A stretch of 64,000 bases of DNA from positions 4,868 through 68,867 of the forward strand of contig CADEGH010000026.1 of the NCBI GenBank assembly GCA_902826835.1. The letters are read 5' to 3'. Source of the DNA: an uncultured bacterium (GTDB taxonomy: Bacteria > Planctomycetota > GCA-002687715). Positions 1 through 8,847 of the stretch are shown here, piece by piece. Made by a program: the position numbers and the translations under genes. Under the pieces are notes generated by a model, which saw nothing but the letters and a program-made list of their open reading frames with translations, did no database searches and was not told the origin of the DNA. Numbering within the stretch: the stretch's first letter is position 1; each line of letters opens with the position of its first letter.

Positions 1-1
1 G

Positions 2-3000
2 CTGACCTTTGCCAGCGACATCTACGCCCTCGGCGTGATCCTCTACGAGATGCTGACGGGTTACGTGCCGCTCGAAATCCACGGCATCCCGGACTTTCGA
101 AAGATCCAAAAGGATCCGCCGATCCCGATCAGCCAGTTCAAGGAGGGCCAGCGCGTCACCGCCGACTGCCAGGACACGATCATGCGTTGCCTGGCCAAGG
201 CGCCCGAGGAACGGCCGAACCTCGACGCCCTGGAAAAGGCGCTGCTCGAAGTCCAAAACCTCTTCCAAAAGGGGGACTTGCAGGACCTGGGCGGGATCAC
301 GGGTCCTACGGTCGACCACACGATGCAGGTCAAGCTGACCGAAGTCGAACTCCGGGCCGGCGACCTGATCAGCCGCTACGAAATCAAGAGTCTCTTGGGC
401 CGAGGTGGCATGGGAGCCGTCCACCTTGCTTGGGACCCCGTTCTCCAGCGGGAAGTGGCGATCAAAATCGCCACCCGGGTCGAGGAAGAGAAGGCCAAAA
501 AAGCCCTGCTCCGCGAGGCGCGCGCCTCCTCGGCCCTCCGCTGCCCCAACATCGTCACGATCTTCGATGCTGGGACCGAAGGCGGCACTCCGTACATCGC
601 GATGGAGTACGTGGACGGGCCGACCCTCGCCGAGATCATCGAAAAAGAAGGCCCGCTCGTCGGCGATCGCTTCCGCGACATCGCGCGCGGCATGCTGACC
701 GGACTCCGTTTCGCGCATGAACAACCCAATCCGGTCATCCACCGCGACCTGAAGCCCGCAAACATCCTGGTGAGTCGGCAAGGGGTCAAGATCACCGACT
801 TCGGGATCGCCCGCATTGCCGAGGGGCGCACCGCCGCGGCCGCCGCCAGCGGCGAAACGCTCAACGCCCCCGCCGGAGCCGGTGAGGGCACGACCGCGAC
901 CATGAGCCCGGAGCAGGCCAACGGCAAGACCGCCGACCACCGCTCCGACATCTACAGCCTCGGGTGTGTCTTCTACATGATGGCGACGGGACGTGGCCCG
1001 TTCCAAGGAAACCCGATCGCGATCCTGTACCAGCACTGCACCTCGAAGCCCGACGCTCCGTCGAAGCACAATCCCGGGCTTGAGCCCCGAGGTCTCGACG
1101 GGCTGATCCTCAAGTGCCTTGAGAAAGAGCCCGAGGAGCGTTTCCAAAACATCGCGGAAATCGAGGCGGCGCTCGCGCTGGTCTTCCCCGATCAGACCGC
1201 GGCCCACATCCCCTGGTTTCGTACGAAGAGCGGACGAATCGCGGCGGCAGTAGCCGCGCTCCTCGTCGCGGGGCTCTCCTGGGCCGTGTTCTTCAACCGC
1301 CCCGCTCCGCCGCCGGAAATTGCCTTCTCGCTGGACAACATCGGGACATCGCTTCCCGAAGGACGCTTTGACCCGGCGCGCCCCGGGCCCTACTTTTTGA
1401 GCCAGCCGGAATTGCCGCTCTGGGCCCAGGCCCCAGCCGAGTCCACCTTGACCGTGACTCTCACCCCTGAGGGCGAGGGAACCCCGGTGAACGAAACCAT
1501 CCTCGCCACGCCCGCCGGACTGGCCACGAAGCGCATCCCGCTTCCGGTAGCCGCGGGAACTCTAAGCGCCACTTGGAAGGTGAAGGTCGCGCCCAGGGCG
1601 GGCGATCCGGTCGAGTTCACGGTGGCCTACGACGGTCGCGACCCGAGGGTCGAGGTGAAGACCCCTTACGACTCCGATTGGCGTCGGGCGGAAGGAGTTG
1701 TTGCGGTCCTCCGCAAGGAGGAACTGCGATTCCGTCTGGTGGATGAGGAGAGCGGGTTCGAAACTCCCGAGGGTCCGAAATCCACCCTCGAACTCCAGCC
1801 CGGGGGGAGCGTCGGATCCGGGGCGGCGATCTCCTGGCAGTCCGAGGACGAACTGTCGATCAAGAGCTTCGACCGTGCCGGTCGTGGAGGGTTGGCCACG
1901 GTGGCAGTCCGACTCGAGACGCCGCGCGCCCGCGCGCTCCAGCCCATCGTGCGGACTTCCGGCTCCGACCCCGTGGTCGAAGTCGAAATCGTGAGCGATC
2001 GGCTCGAGCTGGCGCGGGCTCCCCTCCGCACCGGCCTCATGATTCAACTTGCCGGCTCCGACACCCCTTCCCCGCTCCTCCCGATCGAGGGGGGAAAGAA
2101 CTACACCGCTTCCCTACGACTCCCCCCTCAAGCCCAACCGGGGGTCCGCCGCCTGGAGGCGCAGATCACGCTGGACGGCCGCGCCGTCGTGCTGGGTGAA
2201 GGGGGATTGGTGATTCTCCAAGACACCCTGCCGCCCCAAATCAGCTTGGAAGTGGCTAGCCGCGGCGCCATCCCGGCCTTGACGCTCACGAGCGGCGACC
2301 CGCCGCTCGCCGAGCCTCTGGTCCTCAATCAAGGAGAGAGTCTCGGAAGCCTGTTCCGGTTGGCTGCCTCGGACGGTGATGAGACGTTCGAGCCCGAAGC
2401 CAAACTCGAGATCCGCTACGGCGACCTCGCGCCTCATCTCGTGGCCATTCCCGCCCGCGGTTCCACGGTGGGCCTGCCCGAGAACGGTCTGCCGGACGCC
2501 CAGACCCCGTTTCCCGTGCGGATCGCGGTCACGGATGCGGCCGGCAATCGGAGCGAACTTCGATTTGTCCTGGAGCGGCGCGGCGTTCAATTGCAGGCGA
2601 TCACCGCCAATCAGGTCGGCCTGGTCGACGGCGAACTCTTCGTGCGCAGCGCGAAGCAAGTCCGGATCGCGACGACGGCCCTGAATCTCGGAGAAGCCGA
2701 GGCGCTTTGGCTCGAGGTCCGCGATGGGACGACTCCGCTCGGCCAGCGTCTGGCAATGACTCGCTCTGGTCAACAATTCACGGTCGTGATTCCTGATCTC
2801 CAAGACCGCGATCTCGGATTGGCCTCCCGCGAAGTCGACTTCTTCCCGAGCGAAACCGGGGGGACTCCGCTCACCGGAAGTCTGCGCTTGAATCTCGACG
2901 CACACCCGCCGAAAGTCGAGATCAAGGCTTTGGGGTCGATACCGGTCTCAGAAGGGGGTTTGGAGCTCGGTCGATTCCCCGAACTGTCGTTCCGCATCGA

Positions 3001-5299
3001 AGACGCGTCAGGCGCCGCGGATTCTCCGGTGGCGATCACCACCGATCCCCCGAACCTGCCGTTGCCCCCTCAACGACTCGAGCGAGACGAAGGCAGTGGC
3101 GGTCGCGCCGTCACGATCGTGGTGAGACCGCCGCCCGGTGACGCGGCTGCCGCCACCTACACGCTCAAGCTCGCCGCGAAGGACCGCGCTGGCAACGATG
3201 CCCCCCCGCGCACGGTGCGCGTGGTCGTCAAGCCGCCGTCGATCGCGCTCCAAAAACTCGGAAACACCCCGGTCACGGCGCGCCGTCAATTTGTCGACAT
3301 CCCTTTCACTGGGTCGTCGCGGTCGCCCTTGGTCGAGGTGAGAAACGCGGCGGGCGCGGGGCGATTCTCGTTGGTGGCGACTATCCTCTCGGAAGGCTCG
3401 ACCGAGCCGGAAGAACGCACCATCGAAGGCGAGCTCTCCGGATCCTCTCCCCTGGCGTTTGTGCTCGACAACCTTCCCGGGAAGCGCGGAACGGTCGCGC
3501 TGTCGCACCGGGAACTCTTGGACCAAGTCTTGGCGGATGCGGTCGTGTTCGACCGCTTCGTCTATTTCATCGATGCCGACCCGCCCAAAGTTTCGGTCGA
3601 AGTCGGGGGACGCCCGATCGTCATGGACGAGCAGGCTCTGGCCAACGAGGGTCTCCGCGTCGCCAGCCTCGATCAGGTGCAATTCCGAATCCTGGACGAA
3701 GGTGGATTCCCCGAGTCCGCCCTGACGGCCGAAAACCCCTTGCCCGCCCACACCATGGCCCGAAAGGCGGGGGAGATTGCCATCAGCCTCAAGGCCGAGG
3801 CCGCGTGGCAGTCGAAGGACGTGCGCTTCGAGGTGGTGGACATCGCGGGCAACAAACATCGTTTCTCGGTTCGCATCCTGAAAGCGAAGGATCGACCCGA
3901 AGTGCGCGGCCTCACCGATCAGGAGGGGCGGCCCCTCGTGAGCGTGGGTCGCGACCAGTGGGGCACTCGAGGCAATGTGGTGCAACTCGACCTGCGCAAC
4001 GATGCGCCGAGCGTCGTGGGCGTCAAAGCCCGCGTGATCGCACCAGGCAAGGCTCAGACCGAGGTCCTGCTCGAGCCGGCGGAACAAGGCAAGAGTTTCC
4101 GAGGGAAGCTCGACCTGCCCGGTGAGGGGCTCTTTGAAATCGACTTGATCTCCGTCACCTCAGCGGGTGCGAGCGCGGAGCCCTTCGAACGGCGCTCCGT
4201 TCTCGTCGATGCCAAGGGCCCCACCATCGCCCCCGTCGGTACCTCGCCCTTCGAAGTCGGCTCGACCTCCGCAGTGTCGATCCGAATCACCGATCCTTCG
4301 ACCGTGGCGCGCGCCGAGGCCGTCTTTGGCAATGCTCGCCTATCTCTCGACGGACAAAGCCCCGAAATCTGGCGCCTGCCCACCGCCCTCATGGCAGCCG
4401 GCCAGGGTGGGCCAGTCGACATCGAGGCCCAAGACACCCTCGGGAATACGACTCGCACGACGATCGAAGTGCGCGTGAAGGCCGCGCCGGTGGTGGTGCG
4501 ACCGGATCCGCCACCCGTCACCCCGACCCCGGCCGCCGTGTTCGACGCCGCCGCGATTCGCGCCCGGACCGGCCTCGAGCCGATGCCCATCTCGCCCGAT
4601 TGGCGCAATCCGAGCGCGAGCCCAGAGTTCTACCTCTCGAAAACCGAGGTCAGCTACAGCCAGTTCCAGCGATTCACTTCCGAGTATCAGGCCGACCCGT
4701 CGGCCTTCGAAGCCCGCGTGCGTGAAACCATGTCCGGGGCGGAGCGGGCCGTTCTCCGCCGTGCTCTTAGCGATCTCAGCGCCAAGGTGGAGGAGTCGAT
4801 CACGTACAACGCGGGCTCCTCGGCAGAACCGGATCATCCGGTGCGATACATCGTCGGCGACCTCGCCGCAGTGTATTGCTTCTGGGCGGGTGGGCGACTC
4901 CCCACCCCCGAGGAGTGGCGCAACGCCGCGGGGCTCTATGTCGATGCCAATGCCCAGTGGCCGATTTACCTGGACGGCGGGACTCCGAAATCCGGGGCCA
5001 ACTACTTTTCGACGCGCCCGAATTGGGCAGTCTTCGGCACCACGCGCGGCGAATCCCCGTTCCGATCCGTCAACTCCTTGGAAGGCGGATCGCCCTTCGG
5101 CCTCCTCGGCATGGCCGGCAACGTCTCCGAGTGGGTGCTCTTCCGCTCCGGCACCGGTACCCTAGGCGGTTCCTTCAAGTACAAGCACGACCTCAGCGGC
5201 CGCGGCGCGGAACTCGGGGCCTCCCGAAACCCCAATCGTGAGGGCACAAACCCCCGCGAAATCGGCGACGTCGGCATCCGCGTCGCGTGGTCCAAGTAA
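2..5299 (+). CDS. Membrane Ser/Thr protein kinase, 5'-partial (continues upstream of the window). It has tandem kinase domains, a TM helix, a large extracytoplasmic region and a C-terminal FGE-sulfatase (SUMF1-like) domain.
   Basis: The reading frame is open from nt 2. The first residues (LTFASDIYALGVILYEMLTG) are kinase subdomain IX of an upstream kinase domain. A second complete kinase domain follows (GRGGMGAVHLAWD, VAIK lysine, HRDLKPANILV, DFGIA, SPEQ). After it comes a hydrophobic TM segment (IAAAVAALLVAGLSWAVFF), about 1000 aa of repeat-rich extracytoplasmic sequence, and a C-terminal FGE-sulfatase-type domain (FYLSKTEVSYSQFQRF ... GNVSEWV ... GGSF). Confidence 0.8.
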   Translation: MTFASDIYALGVILYEMLTGYVPLEIHGIPDFRKIQKDPPIPISQFKEGQRVTADCQDTIMRCLAKAPEERPNLDALEKALLEVQNLFQKGDLQDLGGITGPTVDHTMQVKLTEVELRAGDLISRYEIKSLLGRGGMGAVHLAWDPVLQREVAIKIATRVEEEKAKKALLREARASSALRCPNIVTIFDAGTEGGTPYIAMEYVDGPTLAEIIEKEGPLVGDRFRDIARGMLTGLRFAHEQPNPVIHRDLKPANILVSRQGVKITDFGIARIAEGRTAAAAASGETLNAPAGAGEGTTATMSPEQANGKTADHRSDIYSLGCVFYMMATGRGPFQGNPIAILYQHCTSKPDAPSKHNPGLEPRGLDGLILKCLEKEPEERFQNIAEIEAALALVFPDQTAAHIPWFRTKSGRIAAAVAALLVAGLSWAVFFNRPAPPPEIAFSLDNIGTSLPEGRFDPARPGPYFLSQPELPLWAQAPAESTLTVTLTPEGEGTPVNETILATPAGLATKRIPLPVAAGTLSATWKVKVAPRAGDPVEFTVAYDGRDPRVEVKTPYDSDWRRAEGVVAVLRKEELRFRLVDEESGFETPEGPKSTLELQPGGSVGSGAAISWQSEDELSIKSFDRAGRGGLATVAVRLETPRARALQPIVRTSGSDPVVEVEIVSDRLELARAPLRTGLMIQLAGSDTPSPLLPIEGGKNYTASLRLPPQAQPGVRRLEAQITLDGRAVVLGEGGLVILQDTLPPQISLEVASRGAIPALTLTSGDPPLAEPLVLNQGESLGSLFRLAASDGDETFEPEAKLEIRYGDLAPHLVAIPARGSTVGLPENGLPDAQTPFPVRIAVTDAAGNRSELRFVLERRGVQLQAITANQVGLVDGELFVRSAKQVRIATTALNLGEAEALWLEVRDGTTPLGQRLAMTRSGQQFTVVIPDLQDRDLGLASREVDFFPSETGGTPLTGSLRLNLDAHPPKVEIKALGSIPVSEGGLELGRFPELSFRIEDASGAADSPVAITTDPPNLPLPPQRLERDEGSGGRAVTIVVRPPPGDAAAATYTLKLAAKDRAGNDAPPRTVRVVVKPPSIALQKLGNTPVTARRQFVDIPFTGSSRSPLVEVRNAAGAGRFSLVATILSEGSTEPEERTIEGELSGSSPLAFVLDNLPGKRGTVALSHRELLDQVLADAVVFDRFVYFIDADPPKVSVEVGGRPIVMDEQALANEGLRVASLDQVQFRILDEGGFPESALTAENPLPAHTMARKAGEIAISLKAEAAWQSKDVRFEVVDIAGNKHRFSVRILKAKDRPEVRGLTDQEGRPLVSVGRDQWGTRGNVVQLDLRNDAPSVVGVKARVIAPGKAQTEVLLEPAEQGKSFRGKLDLPGEGLFEIDLISVTSAGASAEPFERRSVLVDAKGPTIAPVGTSPFEVGSTSAVSIRITDPSTVARAEAVFGNARLSLDGQSPEIWRLPTALMAAGQGGPVDIEAQDTLGNTTRTTIEVRVKAAPVVVRPDPPPVTPTPAAVFDAAAIRARTGLEPMPISPDWRNPSASPEFYLSKTEVSYSQFQRFTSEYQADPSAFEARVRETMSGAERAVLRRALSDLSAKVEESITYNAGSSAEPDHPVRYIVGDLAAVYCFWAGGRLPTPEEWRNAAGLYVDANAQWPIYLDGGTPKSGANYFSTRPNWAVFGTTRGESPFRSVNSLEGGSPFGLLGMAGNVSEWVLFRSGTGTLGGSFKYKHDLSGRGAELGASRNPNREGTNPREIGDVGIRVAWSK

Positions 5300-5331
5300 G
5301 TCTCGCCCCTCCCTGATCCCGTGGGGGCAGG

Positions 5332-6843
5332 TCAGAGCGTGAGAATGACGGCTTCGGAAGCCCGGACGATGCGAAGGGGTGTGGCGTCGAAGGTGACACC
5401 CGCGAACGACACGGAAATGCCGAGCGGTGGACCAGGCGGGAGGAGAAGTCTCGCGGTGCCCAAGCCGTTTGCAAGCTGGCCTTGGAACCCGAGGAAGGGG
5501 GGATTGGGCGAGCTCAGGCTCAGAGCAAGCAACGCATCGAAATCGAGCGGAGTGTAAGGAGAAGAGCCCCCGGCGCCCAATCCGATGCCGGTATTGGAGG
5601 TGAAGGAGGCGGCGAGCAGATACTGGAGCGGAGCCGAACCGAAGTCGGAGTAAGCCAGGTCGAGGCCGCCCAGGGGATTGGGGGTGACACCGAGGATGGG
5701 TGGTCGATCCGCCGGATCGAACGGATCCGAGCCGAGGCGATATTCGCGGGAGCTCGTCACGCCGTCGCCATCCGGGTCCCCGGTTCGACTGGTCATGAGC
5801 GCGTAGCGCTGGCCAGTCAAGTCGCCGAAAATGTACGCGTACTGCCAAGTCACGCCCGTCGGATGCAACAACCGAAGTACTGGCGAAGGGGTGGCCTCGT
5901 TGATGATCCAAAGGCCGCCGCTCACGACGCCGAGCGACCAGAGAACACCGCGGGGGTCCGCTTCCAAGGAAATGGCCGGCACGTTCACCGTGCGCGTACC
6001 GACGACTTGGAGGGCGGGGCCGAAGGTCCCGATGGTCATGCCCGCCGCAGCTGGTGCGCCCACATGCACGAGCCCTCGTCCGTCGACCGTGACCAGTGAG
6101 AAGCCGTTCCCACCCAGAGAAACTGGCGCGCTCGCGGCGATGACGGAGCCCGTCAGATGCGTGAAGCGGTGGAGCGTCGTCCCGCCTTGAACCATCCACA
6201 AGTTGCCGTCGGCATCGCTTGTCCATGCGGTCGGGCCGGCGGGAATCGTGTTCAGGGAAGCCAAGAGCGCGCCACTGGCACTACGGCGCTCGAGGCGGAG
6301 CGACGTCGGATTCGGAGTGGTCCCGATGGCCACCCAGATTCCGTCTACCGGGTGAGGCAGAACTTCAACGTAGTAGCCGACCACCGAGATCGTCGCGAGG
6401 GAAGTCAGAAGCCCGGGCGCACGGCGGGTGAGGGTCCACGTGGTGGAGAGATACGGAGGGGTTTCGATCGTCCACAGATTGCCGTCGTGATCGCTGATGA
6501 CTCTGGCCGCGAGAGGGACGGTCGCAACCACCCCGACACCGCTGCGCATGACTGTGATGTCGGTGGAACCCGAACCGGGATTTTGGGCACTGCGCGTGAC
6601 ATAGATATTCCCCGCACTATCGCGCGCCACCGCGGCGGAGCACCAGCCTTCACTGGAGATCGCCATCGTGCAAAATGGCAACGGATGGACGGCGACCAGC
6701 CCGCCTTCTCGGGTGAGTTCGGTCACTCCCGCAAGGGAGGGGATCCAGACATTGCGGTTCGGTTGGGCCCACCCCGGGACGAGACAGGCCAAACTGAGCC
6801 ATAACGACAGCAGCGCGGGTCGTGACACCATGCGACACAGCAT
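5332..6843 (-). CDS. Secreted beta-propeller-like repeat protein with a C-terminal Ca-binding-like DxDxDG motif; hypothetical.
   Basis: The ORF track gives 5332..7011. A signal peptide (MLCRMVSRPALLSLWLSLACLVPGWAQP) begins at the internal ATG at 6843, and the 56 aa upstream of it are low-complexity. The C-terminal region contains PDGDGVTSS..DPFDPAD. Confidence 0.6.
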   Translation of the reverse strand: MLCRMVSRPALLSLWLSLACLVPGWAQPNRNVWIPSLAGVTELTREGGLVAVHPLPFCTMAISSEGWCSAAVARDSAGNIYVTRSAQNPGSGSTDITVMRSGVGVVATVPLAARVISDHDGNLWTIETPPYLSTTWTLTRRAPGLLTSLATISVVGYYVEVLPHPVDGIWVAIGTTPNPTSLRLERRSASGALLASLNTIPAGPTAWTSDADGNLWMVQGGTTLHRFTHLTGSVIAASAPVSLGGNGFSLVTVDGRGLVHVGAPAAAGMTIGTFGPALQVVGTRTVNVPAISLEADPRGVLWSLGVVSGGLWIINEATPSPVLRLLHPTGVTWQYAYIFGDLTGQRYALMTSRTGDPDGDGVTSSREYRLGSDPFDPADRPPILGVTPNPLGGLDLAYSDFGSAPLQYLLAASFTSNTGIGLGAGGSSPYTPLDFDALLALSLSSPNPPFLGFQGQLANGLGTARLLLPPGPPLGISVSFAGVTFDATPLRIVRASEAVILTL

Positions 6844-7137
6844 AGTCGGTCTGGCCGTTCCGTGTCCAATCCCAGGACGATCCGAAGGCCGGCCTCCGGC
6901 CGCCAAGCCCAGGATCAGTCCGCCGGGACCCCCCGCTTGAACCTTGGCTCCGGCGCGTTCTTCACCTCCAGGACCGCCGCCCTCCACGGCAAGATCCCGG
7001 CTCATTCCCATCGCTCCCGGTCCAATTGCTCGATCGAAAATCCCTGGTCATTTTCCGGATCGCGCTGTCGATTCGCGGAGTCGTCGTCCGTCCTTGGGGC
7101 GTTCCGATTCCCAAACCGTGATAAGCAGGAGCTTCCT

Positions 7138-7488
7138 ATGTCCAAATTCATGCTCATCTTGGCCGACAACCCCGCCTCCTTCCGCGATGTCCCTCCCACC
7201 CTCATGCAGGAGATCATCGGGAAGTACATCGCCTGGAACGAAAAACTGCAGAAGGACGGGCGGCTGCTCGGCGGCGAGAAACTCTCCGACGAGGGAGGTC
7301 GGCGGATCCAAAAGCGCGGCGAGAAGCCGGTCGTCGTGGATGGTCCCTACGCCGAGGCGGCGGAGGTCGTGGGCGGCTATTACCTGATCCAAGCCAAGGA
7401 CTACGCGGAGGCGACCGCCATCGCTCTCACCTGCCCCCACGTGGAGTTCGGCGCCTACCTCGACGTGCGCAAGATCGATGAAATGTGA
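7138..7488 (+). CDS. YCII-related (YciI/DGPF) domain protein.
   Basis: The sequence MSKFMLILADNP...EIIGKYIAWNEKLQKDGRLLGGEKL...VVDGPYAEAAEVVGGYYLIQAKDYAEA matches the DGPF/YCII family. An AGGAGC ribosome-binding site lies 6 nt upstream of the ATG at 7138. The stop codon overlaps the GTG start of the downstream sigma gene (GTGA). Confidence 0.8.
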   Translation: MSKFMLILADNPASFRDVPPTLMQEIIGKYIAWNEKLQKDGRLLGGEKLSDEGGRRIQKRGEKPVVVDGPYAEAAEVVGGYYLIQAKDYAEATAIALTCPHVEFGAYLDVRKIDEM

Positions 7489-8756
7489 GTGAGAGCCCCA
7501 TACAGCCCCCCGGACTCGACCTACGCCGGGCTTCCGCCACCGTGATGGCGGCGCTCACCCGACTGGTCGGGCCGTCGCGGCTGGATTTGGCCGAGGATGC
7601 GACGCAGGACGCGCTGCTCCGGGCCTGTCGCCAATGGTCGAGTTCGGGAGTCCCCACGGATCCAATTGCATGGCTCTTGACCGCGGGTCGTCGGTCGCTG
7701 ATTGATCGGTGGCGCCGCCACCGTCTGGAAGCGGGCCCGCCAGCGGACGAGGCGGCAGGCTCCACTCCGCCGCCCGAAATCGCCGTCATCGCCGAAGCCG
7801 AGCCGCTTCGGGACGACACCCTGCGGATGCTCTTTCTCTGTTGTCACCCCGCGCTCCCTTCCGAGGTGAGAGTCCCGCTCATGCTGAAGGAGTGCGGCGG
7901 GTTTGTCGTCTCGGAGATCGCCACCGCGACTGGAAAAAGCCCGGAGACGATTGCGCAAAGACTCGTGCGCGCCAAACGAAAACTCCGCGACATCGGTGCG
8001 ACCTTCGAACTTCCCACGAGTACCGAGCTTCTCGAACGCTCCGAGGACGTCCGCGCCTGCATCTACGCCATCTTCACGGAGGGGTATCGCCCGGCCGCCA
8101 AGGATGCTTTTCTGCGCCCCGAACTCGTGGCCGAGAGCCTCCATCTCGTGTCGGAGCTCGATCATGCCGGGCAAGGGCGCGACCCACTGACCGCCGCGCT
8201 GGCGGCGCTCTTGGCATTCCACGCGGCCAGGCTTCCCGCCCGCCGAATCAGCGGAGACACCGCTCTCCTGCTCGAGGAGCAGGATCGTTCGCAGTGGGAC
8301 CGCGAACTCTTGAGCCGCGCCTTCATCGCCTTCGAACGATCGCTCGTCGGACCCACGCTCTCCCGCTGGCACATCGAGGCCTCCATCGCCTCCCTGCACG
8401 CGATGGCTGCCTCGTTCGCCGACACGGACTGGAGCGCGATCCTCCACCGCTACGACCAACTCCTCGCCGTCGCCCCCACCGCCGCCGTCCAAGAAAGCCG
8501 GTGGATCGCCCTGAGCATGGCGCGCGGCCCGACCGCCGCTCTCCGCGAAATAGAAGCCTGTCCCGATGCCTCGGACGATTCCCCCGGTCGCCCTGCTGTC
8601 CAAGCCTTCCTCCGCGAGCGCTCCGGCCAATTCGCCCTCGCCACCCAATGCTGGCTCCGGGCCGCCCTCCACGCCCGCTCCCCTGTCGAAGCCGCCTACT
8701 TCCACCGCCGCGCCCTCACCTCCTCCGCCCGCCCAGGGCCCAAGCCACCCGAATAG
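7485..8756 (+). CDS. ECF sigma factor (sigma-70 regions 2 and 4) with a C-terminal extension of about 230 aa; ECF42-like.
   Basis: Region 2 motifs are present (DATQDALLRACRQW, IAWLLTAGRRSLIDRWRR), as is region 4 (PLMLKECGGFVVSEIATATGKSPETIAQRLVRAKRKL). A long helical C-terminal tail follows. The gene sits immediately downstream of, and is translationally coupled to, a DGPF/YCII gene, which is the genomic context described for ECF42. Confidence 0.8.
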   Translation: MSESPIQPPGLDLRRASATVMAALTRLVGPSRLDLAEDATQDALLRACRQWSSSGVPTDPIAWLLTAGRRSLIDRWRRHRLEAGPPADEAAGSTPPPEIAVIAEAEPLRDDTLRMLFLCCHPALPSEVRVPLMLKECGGFVVSEIATATGKSPETIAQRLVRAKRKLRDIGATFELPTSTELLERSEDVRACIYAIFTEGYRPAAKDAFLRPELVAESLHLVSELDHAGQGRDPLTAALAALLAFHAARLPARRISGDTALLLEEQDRSQWDRELLSRAFIAFERSLVGPTLSRWHIEASIASLHAMAASFADTDWSAILHRYDQLLAVAPTAAVQESRWIALSMARGPTAALREIEACPDASDDSPGRPAVQAFLRERSGQFALATQCWLRAALHARSPVEAAYFHRRALTSSARPGPKPPE

Positions 8757-8791
8757 CGACAGGGACATCTCAGACAAGCATTGGTCTTCCT

Positions 8792-8828
8792 CCGGAAGCT
8801 GAGCCGAACCAGTCACGCTCGCTTCCGG
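8792..8828. terminator. Candidate bidirectional terminator hairpin between convergent genes.
   Basis: The sequence ccggaagc-(21 nt loop)-gcttccgg forms a perfect 8-bp stem between the stop of the sigma gene (8756) and the stop of the minus-strand RCC1 gene (8848). There is no U-tract, which is common in high-GC genomes. Confidence 0.3.
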
Positions 8829-8847
8829 CCTGAAACTGCGGCGATCG

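Noticed and set aside
5162-6226. 354-aa minus-strand ORF overlapping the secreted protein gene in another frame
   Set aside because: The alternative frame of the same strand has a signal peptide and a coherent repeat structure. This frame is Arg/Pro-rich and low-complexity.
7521-8816. 431-aa minus-strand ORF covering the ECF sigma gene
   Set aside because: It is antisense to a gene with clear sigma-70 motifs. Its composition is Gly/Arg/Ala-rich, typical of spurious antisense ORFs in high-GC DNA, and it has no signal peptide or recognisable domain.
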